From positions 124,001 to 188,000 of the forward strand of contig AP026141.1 in assembly GCA_030295235.1 (NCBI GenBank): 64,000 nucleotides of DNA, read 5' to 3'. The position numbers were made by a program, and so were the translations under genes. The first letter of the stretch is position 1. The number at the start of each line of letters is the position of its first letter. The stretch comes from Fistulifera solaris (lineage: Eukaryota). The notes under the pieces were generated by a model. It did no database searches, was not told the origin of the DNA, and saw only the letters and a list, made by a program, of their open reading frames with translations. This document shows positions 50,953 through 62,631 of this stretch, piece by piece.

Positions 50953-51440
50953 GATTTGTGGCAGGAGTTGCAGAGTAGTTTGCAAAAATAACACCTGCTG
51001 ATGATAAAATAAATAATGAAATGAAGTGAGATGCGTGTCATAACACGCAAAAAAAAAAAAGCGGTGAGTTTTTTATTGAGGCGTTATTCAGTGATGCATT
51101 AGGGTTCGATGTAACAACATGACTCAATCCAGTCTTGTCGAATCGAAAAACGGACAACACTTTGGACCACAGTAAACTCGTAGCCTTCAATACGGAGTGT
51201 GAAAGATAGCTGTCATGATGAATTTCAGGAGTTGAGTGACAGCTTTTGATTAATAACGGAATGAGTGAGATGTCAACAAAATAAAAGCTGTGCGTTTCGA
51301 AGCGATCGTTCCGAGCTGCAATAAGGTTCAGTGTACATCATGTACAAACTCATGATTGAAATCCAGTCTCGGTGAAAACGGACAACATTTTGGACCATAG
51401 TAAGCGTTTGGGTCCCCAATACGAAGTATACGAAAGACTT
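50942..51440. repeat. Diverged tandem duplication (~235-265 bp) containing two copies of the ~58-nt motif
   Basis: ATAGCTGTCATGAT...CAGGAGTTG at 50942 and 51206. AATCCAGTCT...AAAACGGACAACA.TTTGGACCA.AGTAA at ~51126 and ~51360. Confidence 0.7.
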
Positions 51441-51561
51441 GGACGTAGTTTGAATTGATATTTGAATTGTAGACATAGCGTTTCATTGAATACAGGATAA
51501 GAAATTGTTCCTAAGTGCGGCATTCACAATCTCAGGCTTTAACTACCGTGCTGCCTCATCA

Positions 51562-52452
51562 TCACGACGTTCCGTCCCACCAAATGGCGACATTCCTCCC
51601 GTCAAATGGCAGAATTGACTGCTGAATGCGGGGATGTTTGTTCATCAAATATTGACAAAATTGTTCGTACGAACGAACGGGTACTTCCCGTTCGTTGCCT
51701 TCCTCGTCGCGGACTCGAATGGTCCGCGTATGAAATAATGTGGGAAAGACACAACACGGCACCACACAAAATGGCTTCTTGTAACGAAGAGCCGTGTCTA
51801 CAATGGCTTCCGTGGCTCCATCGGCGTGCATTCCGACCAGTAATGCAGCTTTTTCAATCAAGGCTCCCACTTCGGGATGCGTCGCCGCCGTATCGTCTTG
51901 GAAATACATTTGATACTGCTGAAATCGTTCTTGAAACGTCTTTTCCAATATGTGGGCGTCTTCTTGTTGACGTCGCTGGAAGCGACATCGCCACACGGCG
52001 GGTAATTTGGGTAACACGGTCTTTTCAAAACACAACGGCACGTCTGATTCCCGAGGATCAATCATCACCACGCGGAGTCGTTGACAAACAATGAGCCGTG
52101 CCGCCAGTTCACCTTTGCCTCCGGCAATGTCTATCACTAAAGGTGTTGACTCAAGTGGCGTCTCTGTAGGTTGTCGATGCAGTGTTCCGTCGGGTTGAAT
52201 GTCTTGTGATTGCGTACGGGGAACGTGGAGTTGCGGAAACGTTTGCAGAAGCCAATTGATAAAGTATTTTGTTTTGTGTTGATTCTTGACCCCACTATAT
52301 GATCGATTCTTTTTTGAAGAAGAAGACGCGATGGTTGCATCTTGTTGCTTTTCATCGAATGGTTCTTGGTTGTCTTTGTGGATTGAGGAGCCTCTCTCGT
52401 CGTTTAATTCTTCGCCGATAATTCGACAATCCCCTCCGGCCAGAATTGTCAT
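51562..52452 (-). CDS. Class I SAM-dependent methyltransferase-like protein
   Basis: VIDIAGGKGEL, MIDPR, GMHADGATEAIVD, PFCVVPCCVFP. Confidence 0.75.
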   Translation of the reverse strand: MTILAGGDCRIIGEELNDERGSSIHKDNQEPFDEKQQDATIASSSSKKNRSYSGVKNQHKTKYFINWLLQTFPQLHVPRTQSQDIQPDGTLHRQPTETPLESTPLVIDIAGGKGELAARLIVCQRLRVVMIDPRESDVPLCFEKTVLPKLPAVWRCRFQRRQQEDAHILEKTFQERFQQYQMYFQDDTAATHPEVGALIEKAALLVGMHADGATEAIVDTALRYKKPFCVVPCCVFPTLFHTRTIRVRDEEGNEREVPVRSYEQFCQYLMNKHPRIQQSILPFDGRNVAIWWDGTS

Positions 52453-53080
52453 ACCTAATTATGCGGCAATTTTTTTAACTTGTTAGAGGGGATGACAGTG
52501 TGGGAGCTAACTAGTTCACTCATTCAACACTTTTATTGGACGACAAAGAACGGCGGAGGAGAATTAACGAAAATGCGACGCGGGTGTGCGGCGGTGGATG
52601 GCGATTATTTTGGCTGGTTTGATTTCCCGTCCTACCGTGAATGAATAATCGTAAGTACTTAATTCTTTAGTCTAACAAGGGTTATTCCTTTTCTGTACCA
52701 GGTATTGTTGATTGTTGATCTCACATCTCACAGCGTTTTTTAGAGAACGTCTCGTTTCTCGTTTCTCATCTGTTTTTATAGTCGATGTAGTCTACGTCAT
52801 TCTTTACGGTCATATGATGAGTATTGTGTCTAAAGTGAAGGATAGCTTCGCCATTCATATCATTTCCGGTCATTGGTCATTTACCGGATTCGTCAGATAC
52901 TGAATTCATCACAGTAGACAGTATCGCGTGTCGTAGGTGACATCTCATGCCGCAGGCCGTCGGCCGTCGGCCGTCGACGTTTTTCTCGGTCGCCGTCGTT
53001 GAAGGAGAAGGAGTGGATGATCATGACTATGATGTAATAATTTTATTCGTTCGACCATTTGAACTCTTTCATGCTTGTTC

Positions 53081-55976
53081 ATGATTATGAATGTTGACCT
53101 CCCTTTGGAAACAATGACGAAGGAAGAGGTAGTTGAAGAAGAAGCGGCAGAGCAACTAAAGCGGGAAGATATTGCAGAAGAACAGAGCCAGCAAAATGAG
53201 AGCAATACGAAAGCTGATGATGCATGGGATGCGGCGTCAGTCGACGCATTATTTCCAAAAGCCGCCGCTCTTTCTATTGTAATATGGCTCCTTCTTGTTG
53301 TTCTTGTTTTGACACAAACACCGCCCGAGTATCATGAAGTACTGCGGGAGGAAGAACGAGTCGCAACATTTCTGGCGGCCGTCGTCATGTTTGTGACGCT
53401 TCTGGCGTTGTTGATGCCCTCATTACTCTTCAAAACGTCCTATCCCAGTGGGATTGTCATCGCCGGTACGGCCGTCTGCTTTGTCGCCATGTGCACCAAT
53501 CTAATCCTGTGTTTGCGTCCCACGGTGGTCGTGGTCGATCCGGTCACCAAAGCGCGCGTCTTTCTGCTCCGTTGGTGCGAATGGATCCCACTCGGTGGTC
53601 TCATGACGTTCCTCTCCGAAGCCGTCTATGTCAGTGACGACACGGGAGGCATGGAGGGAGCGTTGTTCTCGACACTGTGCCAAACGCTGTCCATTGTTAA
53701 TGGTATGATCCTGCCCCTCTGCAAGGATGTGGTGGTCTGGCGGTGCGTATTTGCCTTTAGTTTCTTGTCCTATACCGATATATTCCGTCGTGTATATATC
53801 AAACGAAAAGCCTATTTAAAAAAGCATTCAAAAGAGTGACGGCGTTCAGGATCAAAAGCTTCAAGATCAAGTCAAGTTCGCTTATTTCCTTCTATTGGCT
53901 TGCAGTATTGTGTGGTCGGTACTGGTGGTTTTATATTGTATCAATGTATGGATCCACACCCTGTCGGATTTGGAAACTAAGTGGTACTACCGGGAGTCTC
54001 TTGCCATGATCGTAGATACGTCTTTTGATGTGCTGGCCAAATCCATCTACATGAAGTTGATTACCGATATTCATCAAGCGCTCTTTGATGAAACGTATCA
54101 ATGGAGAAAGCAGCTCACGGAAATGCGGCAACTGATCAGTGTCATGTGGGATTCGAGTTCCGATGTCATTCTCATTTCCATTCGAACCAACCAAGGGTTA
54201 TCGGCCATCTTATCACCGGCTTTCTTTCCGCTAGTGGGCGCCAAGCTGCCAGAATCGTTGCATCGAGAGGGCTCCGAAGTGGCGTTAATGTGTTCCGTCA
54301 GTAGTTCGGGGAAAATCAAATGCGATTATGTCGAGACAAATGATATACTCGTGGATCCACATCGCAATCATAAAATACTACAGAGTGCCGAAAATCGAGA
54401 ATCGGTATTGAAAGGGGCGCAAGAGCTTTTGGAAATGACTTGGAATAATACGGTAGCCAAGGGAGTGTCCACGCCATTGTTAGAACACCCGCTTCACGGA
54501 GAAGACGGTACTATTCGACAATCGGAGATAAAAATCTCATACTATTCCGAATCTGCCCGAGTAGGAGTTATTCGGGATGTTTCCGAACGGTATCTTCGGT
54601 TGGAAGCGGAACGAAAGGCGCACATGGAAATGGTGGCGCGACAAAAGGACGCTCAAGCTGTCAATCGCTTCACCCGGCATGAGGTAAAAAACGGTTTATT
54701 GGAAGGGATTGAGCTGTGTGATAGCCTTCGTTCGGCTGTAGAAGATCTTGTCGCTCAGTCTTCTTTGGCGCCAAGTCCGTCCAACCCATCCCAGAGGAAA
54801 AGAAATGGCAGCGTTGGAGAAGAGTCCGATCGCGAAGTTGGTAGTCGCGCGGTCAGTGCTCTGACACGACGTTTTATCGAGGATCTTGATTACAATCTGC
54901 ATAGCGTATTGGACTGTGTTCTCGCGGAGGCGATGGCAAGAGACGTGATCCATGGTGATTACAAACCGAGGCATGAACGGATTGATGTAAAGGGAGTGCT
55001 TTCACATCCTGGACTTGGGATTGGATTTACAGACAAATTCCCGATTGAAGTTTTGGGCGGGTCATTACCGTACGTAAGCTTGGATGCCCAACTGCTACGG
55101 CACATTCACCGAAATGCGCTGTCAAATGCATGCAAGTATGGCAAGGCAGGAGGAAAGGTTGTGACACAACTATCGTTTGATTCACTGAGTAAGACGTTCA
55201 CTATCAACGTGATCAACGAGCCGGGAGAAATGCATTCGAAGCTCGTCAGCATGGGAGAATCTGCAAAGGCGGCCGTCTTTCAACAAGGTGCTAGATTACA
55301 TTCTCACTTGAATCTTGAAACTGGTCATATTTCTTCTGGCGATGGCGCATGGATTATGCAAAAATGTGCCAAAACACTCGACGGGGAATGTCAGATTGAG
55401 TTTTTGGAAGACAAGACAGTATTCACATTTTCTTGTCCAGCTCAGCCGCTTGTAGTTACGGATTGGAGCAAAACACAAGACTTTGAGGTTCCATCCAACA
55501 CTTGGGGGATTGCGATTGATGATTCAAAAATTCAAAGACGGCTGCTGTCACGTATCTTTTTGTTCGCTGGCGTTCAGGAATCTAAAACTGTTGTTCTGGG
55601 GGAATCGTATTCGGAAGTAGCAGAATTCAAAGAGAAGGTCCTTTCAGTCGTTAAAGAATATCCCGACGATAGGATATTGATTTTGGTCGATGAAAACCTG
55701 GACTTTGGAAAAAGCAACGAAAAGCCTCACGTCATGTCTGGGTCATTGCTGATGCAAGATATCTTGAAACTAATGTCACCAACCGAGGAGCAGCATGTTC
55801 TTGCTCTTGTTCGGTCAGCAAACGATTCGGCAGAAGAAACCGAACTATATTGCGCACGGACGCATGGTTTCTTCCCCAAGGGCCCCTTACAACGCGATCG
55901 AGTACGAGAGATTCTGGCCCCTCTCTGGGCCGACCGATTTATGAGAACCGACCTACTAACCGCATCATCGTCGTAG
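53081..55976 (+). CDS. Histidine kinase rhodopsin-like hybrid sensor: 8-TM microbial rhodopsin + PAS-like + HisKA/HATPase + receiver
   Basis: Helix C LRWCEW and helix G FDVLAK; H-box RHEVKNG, N-box NALSNACKYG, G-box SGDGAWI; REC AIDDSKIQR...VDENL...RSAND. Removing one A from the run at 53818-53823 joins the two ORFs. Confidence 0.85.
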
Positions 55977-56344
55977 ACTTCAGCACTGTGCGATAGGGCG
56001 TACAAGCTGTAAGTGTTCGAACGATCGAACGTTGCCTCCAGTGGATACATGGAAGTTTCTTCCTTGCTCGTTTCGAGAAATCGAATTAGCAAGGGAATCT
56101 TTTCTCCCGCAATTTTTGCAGTTTTTGTTTAAGATTCCGCCAGTCGCTGTTCACCTTTCGTAAATGAAACACAGGCAATGCGCTCCATGGCGGGACCTGA
56201 ACCTTTGTGCAGCAGCACGATAAAGCGTAATTAATAATTAAAGTATGATCCTGTTATCAGTTTGTTATTTGTTTATTTCTGATACATCATCAATTCTTCT
56301 TCATTCAGAATCCAGATTGGCCAAGTTGTGTCGCTCCAACAAAA

Positions 56345-56436
56345 TCAGATCTGGCTTGTCGTCAAAAATGGACCTACGCCGCTCGAGCGGGTGATCTCCA
56401 TTTCGTCATTCCTCCAAAAAAAAGGTAAATCTAGAT
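56345..56436 (-). promoter_or_regulatory. Candidate SECIS element in selenoprotein 3' UTR
   Basis: Minus strand: AUGA-C-GAAAUGGA...CCGC-UCGA-GCGG...UCCAUUUU-UGAC, core 56361-56409, 70 nt after the stop codon. Confidence 0.7.
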
Positions 56437-56478
56437 CGTATCCAATTATCAGCAACGAGGTCAATAATTCACTCCTTC

Positions 56479-56836
56479 TTATTCCTCCAAAATCTCTACG
56501 AGTCGCGTGACAATGGCTTCCCGCTCTCGCAACGATTCCGCTTTTCCTTGTCCTCCGTGTTTCTTCGAATGCACGACTTCACCCGTCTCGATGACGGTCA
56601 CTTCGAAATTTCCCGTCACCATGGGATCTTCCTTTCCGATCACAGCGACGCGATCGATTAATTTGGGTTGTTTCGAAAGATAATCTTTCAACGCCCGGAA
56701 CTGTTTCCCGTAGCCTGCATGGAAACAGGAACGGCGCGCGGTCATGAGATTAAAATGAACATATTTCGCAACGAATTTGTCTTATCTTACCTCATCCGCC
56801 TCAATACTGCACTTGAATAGTAATAGTAGAGGTCAT
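56479..56836 (-). CDS. SELENOW: SelW/Rdx-family selenoprotein, 93 aa, two in-frame UGA codons (YUGGUGY); intron 56715-56790
   Basis: Exon 1 ATG...CAG TAT TGA GGC GGA TGA G|gtaag; exon 2 cag|GC TAC...GNFEVTVIETGEVVHSKKHGGQG (SelW signature). Confidence 0.85.
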
Positions 56837-56871
56837 TGTCTAATGAACGATGGTAATATTATGAGTGTTTA

Positions 56872-57951
56872 GGGCCTTTATTATCGGGCAGAATTACCGT
56901 CCATTAGAGCGTCCATTAGAATTTTTCGTCTGTTCTCGTCCGGATAATAATTTTTCGAGCGTTGACGTGAACAGGACCAACGTTCACGTGAACGAATTCG
57001 TTCATTTCGTTTTTTGATGTCCATTATGACGTTTTGGCGCCCAAAGGCGAAAAAACTCCACCCCTTCGCATTTTGTCGCGGTAACAAACATTTGTTTCAC
57101 ACTTCTTCTTTGCACAAATACAAGTGAAACTATTCAAATACAAGTCTAATTCATTCCATTATGACAGATAGTAACAAAGAAAACAGCGACTGTGACAGCG
57201 TGAACACCGCAATCCTCGAAGCGATTGCGAATGGCGATATAATCATGTCGACAAAAGGCAACGTGTCGTCTGTTACCGCGACATCTCCCGTTGAAGTCGC
57301 GCTTCCTGCTCCAGCACCTCCCACGCCTCTTGCAACAACCATTTCCGGCGGAATGTAAAGCATCGGGTCGCCAGTTGAATTGAAAGATTTCGTTTCGTCA
57401 ATGACGATTTTTTCTCCAAGATGATGTACCAGATATTGAAATGACGAGTACGTCATATGATATCTGTTCGCGAAGCCAGAATCACGACATTCGTAAAGGT
57501 GTGTATTGAATATCTTTCGGGCGATGTGACGCTTTGGGTCTCGCCTCTTTGGTTGTCGCTGACGTCGTCGACGAAGTCTCCGCACCGCCAAAACATTCAT
57601 TTAAATCTGCAGTTGAACTATTTGCAACAACACTAAGTCTTCCATTGTTTCAACAGGATGAGATATCAAGAAACAAATGAATGACCTGTTCTGGGCGACG
57701 AATGATTGATGAAATGATATAACGAATGAATGCTTTCGATTGCAAAAAAATGATGCCATTTTTCAAGGCATTGGTAAGGGAAAAAAGAAGATTTATACTT
57801 AGCATCCTTTGATGTCGTAGAGATATTGCTCTAATGAACACGTAACCAAAATGGACGCAACACCTTTCGGTAATATTGTCCGTTCATTTGGGTGTGTCCA
57901 TTTTGAAATGAACGCTCTAATGGACAGTAAAAATTTCGATAATATGAGGCC
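56872..57951. mobile_element. Non-autonomous (internally deleted) PIF/Harbinger DNA transposon, ~1.08 kb
   Basis: Imperfect ~45-bp TIRs (GGGCCTTTATTATCG...GTCCATTAGAGCGT vs the reverse complement of 57905-57951) and a TTA TSD on both sides. Minus-strand ORF 57151-57600 contains FANRYHMTYSSFQYLV...IPPEMVVA, resembling the Harbinger transposase N-terminus. Confidence 0.8.
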
Positions 57952-58016
57952 TTACGCAAAAGAGGTTTGCAATACAACAAGAAGAAAAAGCAAAGGACGA
58001 CGACGAAAGAAACTCG

Positions 58017-58256
58017 TTCACGACTACATTCGAAGCCCAGTCACCGATCTACATTTAAGCACTATATACTTCTATTAGCTATAAGATATAAAGTAGTGAT
58101 TCACGACTACATTCAAAACCCAGTCACGCGAAAAGTAATCTACATTTAAGCACTATATATCTCTATTGGCTATAAGCTATAAACTAGTCACGCAAAAAAG
58201 TAATTTACATTTAAGCACTATATACTTATATTGGCTATAAGATATAAAGTACTGAT
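58017..58256. repeat. Three-copy 65-91 bp AT-rich tandem repeat related to the ~58-nt motif
   Basis: TACATTTAAGCACTATATA...TATT.GCTATAAG at 58050, 58141 and 58206. Confidence 0.85.
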
Positions 58257-58987
58257 GTTGTCGCAGTTTATTGTTACTGCGAGAGTTTTGACTTTTGACC
58301 ATGGCGACGACGACGAGATGCATCCGACCTGAAACAGCGTGAAATGGCAGCAATAATGAAAGTACCAGGGTAAATCGATATTGATTCGATTTCTCCGATA
58401 AACTATTTCTCTCCTCGTTATGTAAGAGCAGAATAGTTACGGCATATTGCCGCTGCGACGAAAAATATCTTGCAATGCATGCCTTTTAAATCTTTACGAG
58501 ATCAATCGATCTTATTCTTTCAATTAAAAAAAGCTTTTTCTGGCCTTTTGAGATACTATATGTATTGTCTGGCGCTGAGCTTTTTACTTGCGAGTGTTTA
58601 TTTGATCATGCTACCTCGAAAATTGATGGTTGTCAGACGCGTCTATTTGAGCCGTCAACAACTCCGTGAACGCCGTTTGCATGCATTTGTGCATCACCTT
58701 TGAGACAGTGAGGCGGAAAAGGAACTGCTATATGATGCCGGATCCAAGGCCGGATCACTTTTTTTACCGTCGATTATGCCAACCTGTACCGGGTTTCTGA
58801 TCTCCATTATTTATTTTAAACTATGAGAACCCTCTCCAGGAGCCGCGAAGTCGTCAAATTCGAAAAAAGATTCTCGCGACGAAGGAAATGGCCGCGGAAT
58901 TCCATCGACGAGAAGTCCATATGTTGATTTAAGTGAACTAAAATTTCGTTCATGCGTCAAGTTTGCACAAAGAAAATGAAATCCATC

Positions 58988-61135
58988 ATGCCGTCGTTTG
59001 AATTGAAATGCATCAACACCATTCGGGCTCTGTCCGCGGATCAGGCGGAAACGGCGGCGGCGGGACATCCCGGCGCACCAATGGGCTGTGCCCCCATTGC
59101 GTATCTGCTTTGGAGTGAGGTCATGAAGTATTCGTCGAAAGATCCGAATTGGATGGATCGTGATCGCTTCGTGTTGAGCAATGGTCATGCCTGTGCGTTG
59201 CAATACTCGATGCTGCATTTGACGGGTTACGATCTGTCGATTGAGGATCTGAAGCATTTTCGAAGCATCGATTCCAAGACTCCCGGACATCCCGAATCCT
59301 TCCAGACACCTGGTGAGTATGGTGGCTGTGAACTGGCATGTGCATGCTTGTCATCCTGTCAGGTACGGCACCTAACACGCTTTATTTTGTCTTTCCGATG
59401 AATATGCTAGGCGTCGAGCTTACGACTGGACCGTTGGGCCAAGGGATATCCAATGCGGTTGGTCTAGCCATTGCCGAGAGACACTTGGCCTCGCACTTCA
59501 ACGAATCAGACCTGCCTATCTTTGATCATTATACCTATGTTCTTTGTGGGGACGGATGTCTACAGGAAGGAATTAGCGGAGAATCGGGATCATTGGCGGG
59601 TCACCTAGGTCTGGGAAAGTTAATTGTCTTGTACGACGACAATCAGATCACCATTGACGGTGATACAGCTCTCAGTTTCACGGAAGATGTACTGAAACGA
59701 TACGAAGCCTATGGATGGCACACACAAACAGTTACCGATGTTGAAGAAACGGTTGGGAGTCTCCGAAAAGCTATTGAAACGGCAAGGAGTGTAACGGATA
59801 AGCCGTCCATTATCAAAATCAAGACGATCATTGGTTATGGAAGTCCGGGTAAACAGGGTACGAAAGGAGTTCACGGTGCTCCGCTTGGAAAAGATGAGCT
59901 AAGAAAGGCCAAAGAATTTTATGAACTTCCCCCCGGATGAGATGTTTTACGTCCCGGAAGATGTCCAGAACTTTTTCAATGATGTCGCTGCAAAAGGAGA
60001 CACAAAGCGTAAAGACTGGGAAGACATGTTTTCGAAATACTCTTCCAAATTTCCCGACAAAGCCTCTGAGATCTCACGCCGCATGGCTCGAAAGCTTCCT
60101 GAAGGTCTGTTCGATAAGCTTCCCACTTTTAAAGCCGGAAAGGACAAGGACCTAGCGACTCGAAAACACAGCCACCAGATATTGGGTGCCATTGCTCCCA
60201 ACATGCCTGAGTTGATTGGTGGCTCAGCGGATTTGACGCCGTCCAACTTGACCGATTATGATGATGCTGTTGATTTTCAAAAGGACACCCCAGAAGGTCG
60301 TTACATCCGCTTTGGTGTACGTGAGCACGCCATGGTGGCCATCTCGAATGGAATATTCGCTCATGGTGGTCTGCGTCCGTACTGCGCAACATTCCTAAAC
60401 TTTGCCGGCTATTGCGCAGGAGCTATCCGTTTGTCTGCACTTTCCAAGTTCGGCGTAATTTTCGTCATGACCCACGACTCGATCGGTCTCGGTGAAGACG
60501 GACCAACGCATCAACCGATTGAAACGCTAGAAATGTTGCGTGCTACACCTAATTTGAACGTCTACCGACCGGGTGATGGGAACGAGACATCGGCAGCGTA
60601 CAAGAGCGCGTTGGAGCACACTGATACCCCAACGGTGATTCTCTATCTCGGTCGACAGTCAAGGCAATTCCAAACAGTTCAATTGAAAAAAGCCTGCAAG
60701 GGAGCCTATGTTGCCCAAGATGTCGATAACCCTTCTCTGATTATCATTGCCACCGGATCGGAGGTGGGACCATCACTCGAAGCTGCTTCTCATCTATCTG
60801 CCGAAGGTGTCCCCACGCGAGTCGTTTCAATGCCCTGTCAGGAGGTGTTCCTGACTCAGCCAGAATCCTACCAACGCGAGGTCCTTCCTGGAAATATTCC
60901 TACGTTAGCTGTTGAGGCTTCGGCCGTGCACGGTTGGCATCGCTTTTCGCATACTTCCGTTAGTATAAGTACCTTCGGCATGAGCGGCCCAGGAGAGAAA
61001 GTTATGAAATTGTACGGTTATTCTGCAGAAAACATAGCAGAGAAAGGGAAGAAGCTCGATCAGTTCTACAAGGACAACCCCGTTCCCTCTTTGCACAACC
61101 ATCCAGACCCGTTCATTGTTAATGTACGCGAGTAA
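58988..61135 (+). CDS. TKT: Transketolase (no evident plastid presequence, likely cytosolic)
   Basis: [59 protein letters not shown]. Intron at ~59313-59410; frameshift at poly-C ~59930. Confidence 0.95.
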
Positions 61136-61359
61136 GATCTTAACATCCATTCACTGTACAATCAGTAAAATCTTTTTCGTCGCATAATGAGAAAGCGATA
61201 ATTCCGTACTATCTCCGTTTGATACGTTATTGCTTACATATAGCCTTTAATTGCACTACAAATATCAACAAGCCAGCCAGACCTAGTTTTCTTATCAGCA
61301 ACAGAAGAGCAATTGTTTAAACCATCGCCCTTCGATACCTTTAAGATTTTATATCTAGA

Positions 61360-62302
61360 TCAACAAAAGGGAAACAAAGCACCTTTGACTTGACCTTTCC
61401 ATTGTTGATACTTTGCCTGCTTGCCATACTTTTCAGCTTGTCGCACTTCTAGTTTCCTTGTAGCGCCTTGCATGATCGTGAAGATGCCATACAAACCGAC
61501 GGAACTTGCCGCCCAGCCTGCAATAGAATCACCAAAGCAACTCGCTCCCGCCAAATATAGACCCAACCAAAACAAAACCTCTCCCGTATAATTGGGGTGG
61601 CGGGTAATCTGATACACTCCCGAGGTCGGTCCTTCGAAGATTCCCGATAGCGCTTCGCCCTGCTTTTGCTTCACTGCATACTTCTGGAAATCAGCAATGG
61701 CTTCCACGATTGCTCCCACCCATGCCAAAAAAGACACCAGCCTGAGACAATGGAACAAGAATCGATGTTTCGGAAAAGTTGCTCATGACGTAAAGCAGTG
61801 GTGTCGTCAAAAACGCGTAGAAGATAGCCAGGCTAATGGCGAAAGGGACACGTTGCAAGCGATCCCCCGACTCGTCCGGTGGTAACTTCTTATAGCTCGT
61901 CTGGTCTCGAAGGAGAAGAAAGCTACCTAAGCGAAGTCCATAGAAGACGGTAGCATAGGCCAGGGACGTCGGAAGAGCCGAAGACGTCTCTCCATACGTA
62001 GTCAACAACGTAACTCCAATGGCCGCCACCGAGAAGCCGTAGGCAACACCAATTCCGTACAGTTTCTTGATCTGCGTCAAGGGAACGCAAACGGCACTGG
62101 CAATACACGTCAATGAGAGAACGCCATAAGGACCTGGTTGCAAATTTTCCATGACCATGGAACTGATCTCGGCCGGAGACATCAAATAGAGTGACGATGT
62201 ACCCCCGCGGACGTGCAACGCAGCTGTGTTGGGTGCTTTACTGACAAAAGCATTCCCCAATGGAGCGCAAAGTAGTAGCAGCAGTAGCTTCGTGGCATGC
62301 AT
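61360..62302 (-). CDS. DUF1295 (steroid 5-alpha-reductase-like) membrane protein, plastid-type presequence
   Basis: GNA|FVS presequence, YGLRLG, EAIADFQK, TRHPNYTGEVLFW; frameshift near 61730. Confidence 0.8.
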
Positions 62303-62631
62303 GTTATCGTTTTGAGGTCCTCTCTGGTTTTTATGGCTCGATAAATGTGATGTTCGACGACGTTTTCGCGATGTTGATGTTCAACGAACTACTTCGAAGA
62401 AACGCGATGTCGGGGTTCTCATTCACCGCGTCGTTGCGGTTTTGCGATAAAACCCCTCATTGCTGCAATCTGCAATGGAGAAAGCCAATATTTTAGTATT
62501 GTTTAGAATTCACGTTAACCAAATAGCACTCTCTAGTAGATCATTATCTGACAAGTTCATGAATTGCATTTCACAAACACATCAAGCCATCAGAAATCAA
62601 CCATCCGAGACTGGGTTGCATTTCCGCCTCC

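Noticed and set aside
53837..53894. Possible intron or two separate genes between the rhodopsin halves
   Set aside because: The downstream frame is open back to the A-run and encodes a plausible loop into helix F; a 1-nt indel explains the break.
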